Positions 1 to 8,543 of a DNA stretch of 20,000 nt are shown piece after piece. The position numbers were made by a program, and so were the translations under genes. Position 1 is the first letter of the stretch. The number at the start of each line of letters is the position of its first letter. The stretch is from IMG/VR virus record IMGVR_UViG_3300013306_000447, one strand, 5' to 3'. The DNA is from an uncultured virus (IMG/VR IMGVR_UViG_3300013306_000447). Taxonomy: Duplodnaviria > Heunggongvirae > Uroviricota > Caudoviricetes. Under the pieces are notes generated by a model. It was given only the letters and a program-made list of their open reading frames with translations. It had not been told where the DNA came from and did no database searches.

Positions 1-915
1 ATTGCCGCTCTGCCCTGGCTTGATGAACACGGCGAAGAACGCAGACACCACCGCCGCTTCCAGCTCGGCATCGGTGTAGCGATCCAACTGTTTGAGCTTC
101 TCGATCACCGGCGCCAAGTACGGCACACCGCGTGGCTGGCCCACCCGACGACGCCGGTACACATGCAGCAGCACGCGACCGCCACGTTCATTGAAGAACG
201 GACGGTCATCCCAAACGCGCTCTTTGACGCCGAGTGCCCCGGGGTGACTGCGCAAAATGTGAGCTTTGATCGGTGCACCATCGGCGTCACGCTCAATGCC
301 GGCGGTGAGGGCTTCCGTGTCGGCCTTGTTACTAGGGTTACAAACCCGGTCAGCCTCAATCAGCTGGATGCACGCCGAGTAATGCTGGCCGGGTTGTTCT
401 TTGTGAGTCAGCAATGTAAAGACGTCACCGCTGCTCAGCACAGATCGCCAAGTCAGATCCTGCAGGCCATAGAAATTCTGCTCGCGGGTGATGTCGCAGC
501 TGGTGGTTTCCGCCCAGGACTTGAACAGCGATTCGGTTTTGCGCTGCCACTCCCTGGCCTGGCCTTCGTCCCAGCCCAAAATCGAGCGATTGACCACTGA
601 CTTAAGCGCCAGGCCGGTGCCGACCGTTTTAGTCGTCACCGTATTGATCGCACCACCACCGATGGGGTTGTTGCGCTCAAGGTCTCGGCAGCGTTCGCGA
701 AGCGTGGGCAAGTCGGGCAGCAGATCTGCTGCCGCACTGCCTGCCGTCGGGGTCCAGGCGCTCAACGTGCGCTTGGACTTCGACGCGCCGCTGTAACCAC
801 CCAAGGCGGTCATGGTCAACCGGGCGTGCATGCGCTTGGCGCCGCGCTCGGGGCTGAGCCAGGTGATGGCTTTATCCAGTAGCGTCGGCTCTGGCACTTT
901 CGGTGCGCGGCTCAT
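1..915 (-). CDS. Phage portal protein, lambda family (5' part, runs off window)
   Basis: Not in the ORF track. ATG at 915 overlaps the gpW stop (ATGA). Translates MSRAPKVPEPTLLDKAITWLSPERG...LRERCRDLERNNPIGGGAIN...VGTGL...RVGQPRGVPYLAPV, which are lambda-portal motifs. Directly follows terL and gpW. Confidence 0.93.
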   Translation of the reverse strand, partial: MSRAPKVPEPTLLDKAITWLSPERGAKRMHARLTMTALGGYSGASKSKRTLSAWTPTAGSAAADLLPDLPTLRERCRDLERNNPIGGGAINTVTTKTVGTGLALKSVVNRSILGWDEGQAREWQRKTESLFKSWAETTSCDITREQNFYGLQDLTWRSVLSSGDVFTLLTHKEQPGQHYSACIQLIEADRVCNPSNKADTEALTAGIERDADGAPIKAHILRSHPGALGVKERVWDDRPFFNERGGRVLLHVYRRRRVGQPRGVPYLAPVIEKLKQLDRYTDAELEAAVVSAFFAVFIKPGQSGN

Positions 916-1133
916 CGCGGCGTAATCCCACGCAGGACGATCCCCCGAGTACGACCGCTCTCCAGGCGATCAATTTGCTGTTGCCAGTAGTCGATCGTCT
1001 TGGTGATTTCGGCAAGGTCGGCGTATTCCAGTTGCCGGGTGCCGATGCGATAGCTCTGCTTTTGGCTGACCTTCATGCTCGCATCGAGCCAGGCTTGCAG
1101 CTGGCCCTGCGCTTGTTCCAGGGTGATAGCCAT
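912..1133 (-). CDS. gpW-like head-tail joining / head completion protein
   Basis: 73 aa between terL and portal; helix-hairpin-helix pattern (SYRIGTRQLEYADL). Confidence 0.85.
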   Translation of the reverse strand: MAITLEQAQGQLQAWLDASMKVSQKQSYRIGTRQLEYADLAEITKTIDYWQQQIDRLESGRTRGIVLRGITPR

Positions 1134-1136
1134 GAA

Positions 1137-3353
1137 TTAATTCCTGCGTTGAGAGAGCACGCGCATTGCACTACGGCGCCCAGAAACAACTCTCCCGCCA
1201 GAGGGCGGGAGATTGGGTGGTTCGACTGGTGTCGGTTCCGAGCTAGTCCCGTCCGTTTCGGGAACGGGTTCAGCCTCGGATTGATCCGGCTCGGGTGGGT
1301 CAAACAACGCACCCTGACGGATCTGTGCATCGAGCCCTGCCCAGTCTTGCTCCCGCATCAAATGCGTTTTCAGGGAACGGGCCGCGTGCAACGCATACGT
1401 CTCGCAGTCGGTACCTTCGTTCGGTTGACCGGCCTTTTTCTGCCAGACCTTGCGGTAGTGGTGTCGCCGGCTGGGCGCCTTCACTTCGGCGGTGATTTGC
1501 CGGAAATAATCCGGGCGCACCGTTTTGTAAAAGTGCATCCGACCAGGGCCATCACCGGTCAATGGCAGACGGCCCTCAATCCACAGATCCTTGGCCCGCG
1601 AGGTACCGACAATGTAAGGGCGCAGACCGTACTTCGAGGCCTTTTGCTCTTTGTCAGTGTCGACGCCTTGCCGAGGCGCGCTGAAGATTTCCCGGCGCTC
1701 ATCGTCGCGGGTGTTGCCACGTTCGCTCGCGCCTTTGATCGCCATCACGCCGTTGCGCTGATGCTTACGGCAAAACGCATACGCCGCGTCCTGGGTGATG
1801 GTGCCGTCCGAGGTATCCAGCGAAGTTGCCAGCACCCTCAGCTTGGCGCCGCAGGCGTGTGGGATCGGCGCAAACAGCAACTTTTCCAGGTCCAGCCAGA
1901 CGCCTTGGTCAGGCAGCACCACCTCGCCGTAGATCTCGCCCCAGTAGATCAGCCAGGATTCCTCGCCTCGGCCCCAGGCCCGCATCACCACCGCCAGGCG
2001 ATCGTGCTGCACGTCGACACCGGCGGTGATCACCAGGCCCCCCATGGGCACAAACATTTCCGGGTAGTCCTCCGCTCGCTCAGCCAGTTTATCGGCCTCG
2101 GGCAGATCGGATTTGTACTCGTAGGCACGGCCCTGTTTTTGGTTGACGAACTTGATCAGCAACGACAGGTTGCCAATCGATGCCTGGTGTTCGGCGTTGA
2201 GTTTCTCCCGCACGATGTCGGCCAAGCTGGTACCTGGCAGGCATGCGTATAGTTCGTTCAGCTCAATGAATCCGGCACGACCAGCAAAGGGTTTAGTCGG
2301 TACCCAGCCGCAATAAGGGTCGCCGGCGGCGATGGCGTTGTACACCGTATTGCGGATGTTCTCTTTGCGCTGGTAGTCGTCCCAGCAACTGCCACAGTGC
2401 GGGCAGGCGTAATAGGCTGTATCCGGAAGCGCTCGACCGTAGATTTCATGGGGCTGATCAAGTATTTGAGCAAGCTTTACGGCCCCTTTCCCCAGGCGCT
2501 TTAAATCCTTGACCAGATCGGCATTATCTCTAAGCCAATCATCATCACGTTTATCTAATGCCTCGAAATGGGACTGTTCGTCCTGCTCAAACCATTTGAT
2601 GTGCTCGAAATCCAAGACGTGAGATTTGCCACAATCCTGGCAAATAACCGGCAGCACCCGGCAGTCAGTCTGGGCCAGACGCGCCTCGGTCTTGCTCGCT
2701 CCCTTGATCGCCGGCGTACCGCCCACCAGCATCTTGGAGCCGGGGTAGCGTTTGCCGCGCTCCTCCAGCAGGGCGATCGCATCACCCTGCCCCTTTACGT
2801 CATCGCTGGTATCGTCCGGTTCTTCCACCACCGATAAGCCCACCGACGACGTGGACTTAACGTTGCCGGGTGAGTTCGACGCTACCAGTTTGAGGAACCC
2901 GCCCGGGAAGGTCTTATGGTCCCAACGGTTCCCCGAGGTGCGGCTTACATCGACCGGCATCAATTTGGCCACCTCAGTGTTCGCCGTCACGCCGAACTTG
3001 AGCTTTTCATCGTGGAAGTTTTTGCCGTCTTTTTCCTTGGCAAACAGGATCATGATCGGGCGCGGCAGGTGATGGATGAACTTGAACAGGTAACCGATCA
3101 AGAACCACGTCCAGCCGATCTGCGCCGCCTTCATCAGGTCGACCTCGCTCACCCGGGGATCATCCAGGGCAGCGGCAACGCCGAGGAAGTAAGGCGTGTA
3201 GTGGAAATCGTACAGGCCGTGCAGCACGCCGCTTTCAGCGGGCAGGTAAAACTCGGTGCTCAGGTAGTGCGCGGTCGGGATGTCACGCGGCGGGTTGAAT
3301 TCCCCCGCCGCTGCCAACAAGCTTCGCGCCAAGTTTTCGCGCGTAGCCTGCAA
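1137..3353 (-). CDS. terL: Terminase large subunit (lambda gpA family)
   Basis: Walker-A-like KAAQIGWT, Walker-B VVEEPD, coupling GGTP, CxxC...CxxC, nuclease GVDVQHDR and NEGTDC. ORF is open to 3446; the true start is uncertain (TTG candidates at 3377, 3353, 3332). Confidence 0.93.
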   Translation of the reverse strand: MQATRENLARSLLAAAGEFNPPRDIPTAHYLSTEFYLPAESGVLHGLYDFHYTPYFLGVAAALDDPRVSEVDLMKAAQIGWTWFLIGYLFKFIHHLPRPIMILFAKEKDGKNFHDEKLKFGVTANTEVAKLMPVDVSRTSGNRWDHKTFPGGFLKLVASNSPGNVKSTSSVGLSVVEEPDDTSDDVKGQGDAIALLEERGKRYPGSKMLVGGTPAIKGASKTEARLAQTDCRVLPVICQDCGKSHVLDFEHIKWFEQDEQSHFEALDKRDDDWLRDNADLVKDLKRLGKGAVKLAQILDQPHEIYGRALPDTAYYACPHCGSCWDDYQRKENIRNTVYNAIAAGDPYCGWVPTKPFAGRAGFIELNELYACLPGTSLADIVREKLNAEHQASIGNLSLLIKFVNQKQGRAYEYKSDLPEADKLAERAEDYPEMFVPMGGLVITAGVDVQHDRLAVVMRAWGRGEESWLIYWGEIYGEVVLPDQGVWLDLEKLLFAPIPHACGAKLRVLATSLDTSDGTITQDAAYAFCRKHQRNGVMAIKGASERGNTRDDERREIFSAPRQGVDTDKEQKASKYGLRPYIVGTSRAKDLWIEGRLPLTGDGPGRMHFYKTVRPDYFRQITAEVKAPSRRHHYRKVWQKKAGQPNEGTDCETYALHAARSLKTHLMREQDWAGLDAQIRQGALFDPPEPDQSEAEPVPETDGTSSEPTPVEPPNLPPSGGRVVSGRRSAMRVLSQRRN

Positions 3354-3780
3354 TTCGCTCGGTTGTAGGTCCAGCAATTTTGGCCACCACTGATCGATCA
3401 ACCGTGACTTTTTGCACGCTCTCGATTTCCTGAATGATGCGTTCAAGGCCGCCCAGGTATTCCCGGTTTGCGAAACTGGCCCAGTCGATAAGCACCCGAT
3501 CAGCCTCGCCAGCCGGAATCAATGAACGCAGTTTTTCGTGATACAGCAGGCGACCGTTAGCGGCCTTGACTCGACCTTCATCGATCCGCACAGCGTTAAG
3601 TTCTTCCAACTGGCTGCCTCCGCGCCCAGCGGCTTTTGCGCGCAAGTCGCGGATGTAAGCAATCCGGATTTCATCTAGGCAGGCTGTCTGCCAATCGCTT
3701 ATGCCGATTCCCTTCAGCACGTCGCGGGCGTTTCGCTCGCTCATGTCCAGGTGATCAGCAATTTCACGCTGTGTAGGCAT
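3283..3780 (-). CDS. terS: Terminase small subunit (Nu1-like, N-terminal winged HTH)
   Basis: MPTQREIADHLDMSERNARDVL HTH followed by a coiled coil; GGAG 6 nt before ATG 3780; overlaps the terL 5' end as in lambda. Confidence 0.85.
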   Translation of the reverse strand: MPTQREIADHLDMSERNARDVLKGIGISDWQTACLDEIRIAYIRDLRAKAAGRGGSQLEELNAVRIDEGRVKAANGRLLYHEKLRSLIPAGEADRVLIDWASFANREYLGGLERIIQEIESVQKVTVDRSVVAKIAGPTTERIAGYARKLGAKLVGSGGGIQPAA

Positions 3781-3844
3781 GCTCATCTCCAAGGTCGGGA
3801 CTAGGAAGCGGAACCCCCTATGTCGGGTTGAATCTGCAAAAAAG

Positions 3845-3889
3845 TCGGGGTTCGAATTACCCCGATGGCCCCGCTGCCTGGAAGGACCC
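3845..3889 (-). other. Putative cos site (cosN-like dyad plus cosQ-like heptamer)
   Basis: TCGGGGT-N7-ACCCCGA dyad at 3845-3865; GGGTCCT (lambda cosQ sequence) on the minus strand at 3883-3889, 17 nt away; just upstream of terS. Confidence 0.6.
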
Positions 3890-3989
3890 ATTGATTTTGG
3901 GTCGCAGGTCGGCCTGTCAAGCCAAAACCCCGACAACTCATTGAAAAATCAACGTTTTTTGAGAAAAAATGCTCCGAACCGACAAGAGG

Positions 3990-4727
3990 TCAACCTCGCT
4001 CCATCTCCCGTGCCAGGGCACGTCGAAAGAGCGGCTCGAACTCGGCCTCGGCCACTCGATTGGCGACACCGTAGAAGTCAAAGCGCCGGCGATACGTCGG
4101 GCGTTTGACGAAGATCAGGATGGGCCGTGCCCCGTTGCCGATACGCTCCCAGATACCCAAAGGGCCGGTGCCGTTGCCAGGCCGACCCACGAAATAGTCC
4201 GGTGCATTGCGGTTGCGGCGTCGGCTGCGCTTAGTGCGGTTGGCCATGAAGCCCGACACCCGCTCAGCTGCTCCGAGTGCGGACAGGATCTGCACGATCT
4301 GGCCGCGACTGATGTTGCCATTGCCATCCATCCTGGCGCGCCGACCAGGGACGGCGTACATGTCCGCTGGCATCAAGCCGTAGTGGATCAGCGCTTTCTC
4401 AAATCGCTTATGTGGTCGGTTGCCACCGTCAATGTGCACCGGCAAGTACTTGGACGCGGGCACACCTGAGCTTGCTTCGTCCTTGATCCACACACGGGCA
4501 AACAGGCGGCTGGTCGTGGCACTGCGCTTGAAGACCGAGTTGAGCGTCCAGCGCGTGGGCCGATCAAATACCCGCTCCAGCTCGGCCTTCTCTGCCGCCT
4601 GTACGCGTTCAGCGGTGAAGGTCAGCGCTTTGGCAGCGGCTATTGGCACCTTCGACTTGCTGAGCCCACGCATCTCCCTAACGATCTTGTCGATGTTGTC
4701 ACGCATCTCAAGTCGCATCATGGTCAT
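3990..4727 (-). CDS. Basic phage late protein, possibly gpZ/HK97-gp10-like tail-completion (neck) family
   Basis: 245 aa Arg-rich ORF with RBS between holin and terS; N-terminal AAAKALTFTA...VFDRPTRWT pattern. Function inferred. Confidence 0.6.
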   Translation of the reverse strand: MTMMRLEMRDNIDKIVREMRGLSKSKVPIAAAKALTFTAERVQAAEKAELERVFDRPTRWTLNSVFKRSATTSRLFARVWIKDEASSGVPASKYLPVHIDGGNRPHKRFEKALIHYGLMPADMYAVPGRRARMDGNGNISRGQIVQILSALGAAERVSGFMANRTKRSRRRNRNAPDYFVGRPGNGTGPLGIWERIGNGARPILIFVKRPTYRRRFDFYGVANRVAEAEFEPLFRRALAREMERG

Positions 4728-4741
4728 TGCCCCCTGGATGC

Positions 4742-5086
4742 TTATGGTCCAGCTTCACCGTTGGCTTGCGCTTCACGCAGACCAAGGCGCTTGGCCGCCC
4801 AGCGCTCGTACAGCCCGATCGCAACGTCTGCCCCTGCCATCGCCGTGAGGCATCCCAGCGCACCGGACGTCCAGATCGACATGCCTGCCGCATACAGCAG
4901 CATGATCGCCGATACCCCGCACACCACGCAGGCGCCGGACCGAAGGGCCAATCGTCGGATCAATGCCCAACCACGCGTCCCTTCCTTGTCCGCTCGCCAC
5001 ATCTCGCCCGACACACCGCCCACCAGGGCCAGGACGATCACTAACCAGATCGGCATTTCTGCCAGCGCTTGCTGTTCGTTCGTCAT
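4742..5086 (-). CDS. Phage holin (PA0614-like pyocin/phage holin family)
   Basis: 114 aa with about three hydrophobic segments and a basic C-terminus; GGAG RBS; first lysis/structural gene of the late operon. Confidence 0.85.
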   Translation of the reverse strand: MTNEQQALAEMPIWLVIVLALVGGVSGEMWRADKEGTRGWALIRRLALRSGACVVCGVSAIMLLYAAGMSIWTSGALGCLTAMAGADVAIGLYERWAAKRLGLREAQANGEAGP

Positions 5087-5104
5087 TGGCCTACTCCGTA
5101 AACG

Positions 5105-5130
5105 AAAAAGCCCTGCACTAGGCAGGGCTC
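5105..5130 (-). terminator. Intrinsic terminator after the DUF2513-like gene
   Basis: Stem AGCCCTGC (5109-5116)/GCAGGGCT (5122-5129) with a U tract on the minus strand. Confidence 0.8.
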
Positions 5131-5144
5131 AAAAACGTTGTTGT

Positions 5145-5444
5145 CTAGTGGATGGGTAGTTCACTGCTACGCGAACTCAACCTTCTACTTCTGTCGAGAT
5201 AGTTATATCCCGCATTGGTGACGCGCTGGATACGTATATCCGGAGCGTCCCCTTCAACATTGATACAACCCAAATCTACAAGCAGCTCGATATGGCCATC
5301 CACGACTACATCGGACCAATGGACACACTCGGCGCTGGAGAATTTGCTGCGAATATCCTTCGCCGATAAATTGAGCTTCCAGTCATCGGAGTCCTTGATG
5401 CAGACGTCTAAGATTTTCACCAACAGCTTCTGATCTCGTTCCAT
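5145..5444 (-). CDS. DUF2513-like winged-helix protein (moron)
   Basis: MERDQKLLVKIL...HIELLVDLGCI...RVTNAGYNYLD matches the DUF2513 pattern; AT-richer than its neighbours; flanked by terminators. Confidence 0.7.
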   Translation of the reverse strand: MERDQKLLVKILDVCIKDSDDWKLNLSAKDIRSKFSSAECVHWSDVVVDGHIELLVDLGCINVEGDAPDIRIQRVTNAGYNYLDRSRRLSSRSSELPIH

Positions 5445-5494
5445 TTCTCAGTTCCAAAATTGGCTGTACGAAGTAGTACGTCTGAGGAGAAATG

Positions 5495-5523
5495 AAAAAA
5501 ACCGGCGCAAAGGCCGGTTTTTT
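5495..5523. terminator. Bidirectional intrinsic terminator (tR'-like, just after the late promoter)
   Basis: AAAAAAACCGGC-GCAAAG-GCCGGTTTTTT. Confidence 0.85.
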
Positions 5524-5563
5524 GGTGAGGTCGCTGTTTGCGTACCTCTTTGAACATGACTGA

Positions 5564-5592
5564 TTTATACCCCTCCAGTCCGGTGGCAGCAA
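5564..5592 (-). promoter_or_regulatory. Putative late promoter (pR'-like)
   Basis: Minus strand TTGCTG (5592-5587), 17-nt spacer, TATAAA (5569-5564), pointing to the terminator and holin. Confidence 0.65.
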
Positions 5593-5607
5593 GAGCTCAG
5601 CGCTGCC

Positions 5608-5658
5608 ACCCTGCAATCAACGGTAATCAACGGCAATACACAGGCAATCAACGGACAT
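5608..5658 (-). promoter_or_regulatory. P-box-like tandem repeats (candidate PrtN binding site)
   Basis: Minus strand ATGTCCGTTG ATTGCCTGTGT ATTGCCGTTG ATTACCGTTG ATTGCAGGGT; fits the pyocin P-box consensus ATTGnn(n)GTnn(n) x4. Confidence 0.7.
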
Positions 5659-5699
5659 ATAACGTTACTGGCTCTAGCGCCGCAGGCATGGACCCTCTT

Positions 5700-5922
5700 G
5701 TCCCACTGTTTTCAAGAGAGGCGCGACGTCTGAAACACCGATGAATCAAAGCGGCGCCCCTCCGTCCTACTATTTATTACTTTTTCCATGTAAAGGGAGA
5801 ATTAATAAACGCTGCGCGTACGCGCGCGCGTATGTGGGTGTATGCGTCACATGCGGGAAAGATGCAAAAAAGGTGGGACGGTGGGCCATCATCAATTAAC
5901 ACGCGGCGCGCAGATGACCCAC
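5700..5922. other. Putative replication origin
   Basis: Convergent GTCCCAC/GTGGGAC-type repeats flank an AT-rich core and the palindrome TACGCGCGCGCGTA (5819-5832); downstream of the primase-helicase operon. Confidence 0.5.
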
Positions 5923-5964
5923 CCGCCAAAACACTGGCAGGCCGTACAGGGACGCGCCGCACCA

Positions 5965-6324
5965 TCAAGCTACGCGCTCCAGCAGCATGCCTGCGATCTC
6001 CAGATGTGCCGAATGCAAGCGCGCATAGAACTGCGTTCGACCACACCCGCAGTGCGCCCATTTCTGGCGTTCTACGCTTTCACGGTTCAGGTAATGCTCT
6101 TGCACCACTTGGGCCAGATGCCAGGACAGACGCTTGTTTACGATCACCTCAATGTCTGCACTCCATGGCAGCAGCATCTTCGAACCGCCGCGTGTGCCTC
6201 GAATCAATTCCCCCCGGCAATCGATCAATTGACCCAACATACTGCTGGCAGACCCGTCAGGGCCACCGCCACCGTGCATGTCGAGCGCCCACAATTTCAA
6301 CATCTCATCCATTTCCGGGATCAA
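5965..6324 (-). CDS. PA0613-like late regulator / Q-like antiterminator
   Basis: TTG start overlaps the primase stop (TTGA) with GGAG RBS; 119 aa (IPEMDEMLKLWA...EHYLN...HCGCGRTQFYARLH) with C-terminal HTH; occupies the Q position before the late promoter. Confidence 0.75.
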   Translation of the reverse strand: MIPEMDEMLKLWALDMHGGGGPDGSASSMLGQLIDCRGELIRGTRGGSKMLLPWSADIEVIVNKRLSWHLAQVVQEHYLNRESVERQKWAHCGCGRTQFYARLHSAHLEIAGMLLERVA

Positions 6325-8543
6325 AATGCGGTCTCCTGCCTGGGCACCGCCGACCCTCGCTTCCACTCCGGCGGTTTCACATACTCATAGCTGCGCACAC
6401 CACGCACACAGTTACCCTTGCGCCGGCGGGGCCAATTCATCCGATGCATAATCTTGCCGATGCGCATTTGCTCGGGTCTACCCCAGTGGCTTGGATCGAT
6501 GTTAAGCGCATGCTCAAGCAAGTGCGCGCCCGTCACCGTATCGCCAATATGCTTGTCGGCCAGATAGCCGACCACCAGGTCTTCCCACATATCTGCCTGA
6601 TAACGCTGATCCTGCTCAGCTGCGAAAACATCAGCCTCATCGCGCTCCACCCACCAGATGTCACCTGCGCGAAAACAGGCTAACGCTTCGGCCCAGAGTT
6701 GATCACGGTCGGCTCGCAGTCCCTCTAGATCAACTTTGGTACACATTACCGGCCAGTAACGGCGGTTGCCCGTATCGTCCTTCAGGTACTCATCCTGGTT
6801 GGTCGTGCCGATAAAAACGCTCTGCCGGGGAACATCCAGCATCCGCCGGCCATAGCTCTCGCGGTAGGTATCGATGGGCGATGAGACGAATTGCTTGGCC
6901 TTGGTCGACTCTGCCTTGTTCAGTGAGTCCAGCTCGGCCATCTCCACAATCCACTTGCCCCGGATCGCCTGATAGGCGTCTTTGCTGCTCAGATCAAATG
7001 ACGTATCCATGAACCACTCGCCGCCCAATACCCGCGCAGCCGTGGATTTCCCCTCGCCCTGCAAGCCTTCCAAAATCAACATTGAGTCAGCCTTGCAGCC
7101 AGGTCGACACACGCGTGCCACCGCAGAAATCAGCCATCGCTTGCCCACCTTGCGGGTGTACGAACTATCCATAACACCCAACCGATCCTGCAACCAACGC
7201 TCAAGGCGTCGCACGCCATCCCACTCAAGGCTATCTAGATACTCTCGCACCGGGTGGTAGGAGTTGTCATTCGCCACCGCACTGACAGCCTCAACAACGT
7301 GGGCAGTTTTCACCCGTAGCCCGTAAACATCAGCAAGCCACAGCGCCACCCTGATGTCGTCAAGATCGGTCCAGTCCCCCTTACCACCGCCATACGGAGG
7401 TGTACGCAGCTTGCGCGTCTTCGAACTGAACGAATCCCAGGCGATTACGCCGGCCCAGCGTTTATCGTTACCCAGAATCAATGCCACGTTGAATGGGTGT
7501 ACGATCAATCCTCCTTTTTCAGAATACTGCAGCTTCTCACGCCACCCCTCATCGGTAGAGGGTCGAACCACCGCCAACACCTGGCGGCGCACCGTGTCCA
7601 TGCCCTCAGCACAGTGCAAGTCGTTAAAATCCGTCCAGCAGTCTTCCCGGTCGTTGTCGAATACCGGCATAACCACCTGCCCACCGACCACAACCGACGC
7701 ATTGCCAGCCTTGATTACCCCCGCGTTATACGGGTGCCCATTCACTACAGTCTTCCAATCATCATCTGCGCAAAACACCAACTGCCGGCCGGGATACTTT
7801 GTGCGCATGGCTTGTGCCACCGGCAGCAAGTTGCCGGCATCAAAGCAAATGCACACCGTCAGTGAGGTCGCCATGTGCAGGCTGGCGCCTGTCGCGTATC
7901 CCTCTGCGATCAAAATCACGTCGCCCGGCTCTGGCTCGGGGCCGATCAGATGAAACGCGCCTTCTTTAGCCAAACCGTACGGCCAGTAGGTTTTGTTCCT
8001 GCCCGTAGCAGCCTGCTTTTCCGGGTACAGCACTTGTAGCCCGACAATATCGCCCTTCACATTGCGCATCGGCACGAAAGCCGTACCGCTCTTTGCCTTG
8101 TAACGCAGACCGATGCCGACTACCCGCTTGGCATCCAAGTAACGCGAACCGCCCTTTTCAGATAGGTGCTTCCACATACCAGCAGCGCGCCGGGCTGCAG
8201 TGCGGTGCTTTCGGTCCTCAGCCAGGGCGGCCTTGCGCTGGCCTTCCTCAGCCCTGGCGCGCATCACCGCTCGATCTTCAGCGCTCAGCCGCCCGCCCTT
8301 TGGCTTGATCTTCTGCCAACTGCCCTTTTCACCCTGACGCCAGTCGCCAAAAGCGCCGCAATACAGTGTTTTGCCGTCACCAGTCAGATGCTCATAGATC
8401 ACATACCAACCCGTTTTCTCCGGGGCCTTATCACCGTCGCACTCGCAACGCGTTCGCTTACCAATCACCAATGGGGTTTCTGGTTTAAGCCCGTAGTCCT
8501 GCAACTGGGCCAACACATCATCGAGTAGTTCGTGATTGGTCAT
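6321..8543 (-). CDS. Primase-helicase: Toprim domain plus VapE-family (SF3-like) helicase
   Basis: Toprim motifs IAEGYATG, CADDD, TDFND; Walker A GLQGEGKST, VEMAEL, FIGTTN, DDTGNRRYWPV. Confidence 0.92.
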   Translation of the reverse strand: MTNHELLDDVLAQLQDYGLKPETPLVIGKRTRCECDGDKAPEKTGWYVIYEHLTGDGKTLYCGAFGDWRQGEKGSWQKIKPKGGRLSAEDRAVMRARAEEGQRKAALAEDRKHRTAARRAAGMWKHLSEKGGSRYLDAKRVVGIGLRYKAKSGTAFVPMRNVKGDIVGLQVLYPEKQAATGRNKTYWPYGLAKEGAFHLIGPEPEPGDVILIAEGYATGASLHMATSLTVCICFDAGNLLPVAQAMRTKYPGRQLVFCADDDWKTVVNGHPYNAGVIKAGNASVVVGGQVVMPVFDNDREDCWTDFNDLHCAEGMDTVRRQVLAVVRPSTDEGWREKLQYSEKGGLIVHPFNVALILGNDKRWAGVIAWDSFSSKTRKLRTPPYGGGKGDWTDLDDIRVALWLADVYGLRVKTAHVVEAVSAVANDNSYHPVREYLDSLEWDGVRRLERWLQDRLGVMDSSYTRKVGKRWLISAVARVCRPGCKADSMLILEGLQGEGKSTAARVLGGEWFMDTSFDLSSKDAYQAIRGKWIVEMAELDSLNKAESTKAKQFVSSPIDTYRESYGRRMLDVPRQSVFIGTTNQDEYLKDDTGNRRYWPVMCTKVDLEGLRADRDQLWAEALACFRAGDIWWVERDEADVFAAEQDQRYQADMWEDLVVGYLADKHIGDTVTGAHLLEHALNIDPSHWGRPEQMRIGKIMHRMNWPRRRKGNCVRGVRSYEYVKPPEWKRGSAVPRQETAF

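Noticed and set aside
163..796. Plus-strand ORFs 163-600 and 488-796
   Set aside because: They overlap the minus-strand portal frame, which the ORF track missed because it runs off the window.
903..2252. 449-aa plus-strand ORF
   Set aside because: Antisense shadow of terL and gpW in GC-rich DNA; no motifs or clear RBS.
3781..3936. N-terminal extension of terS in the ORF track
   Set aside because: Covers the predicted cos region; RBS and HTH start support ATG 3780.
5608..5658. CRISPR-like or microsatellite array
   Set aside because: Units are 10-11 nt with no spacers and no cas genes; fits a protein-binding P-box.
5832..6683. Plus-strand ORFs 5832-6683 and 5842-6390
   Set aside because: Antisense to the primase and late regulator; low-complexity, non-protein-like translations.
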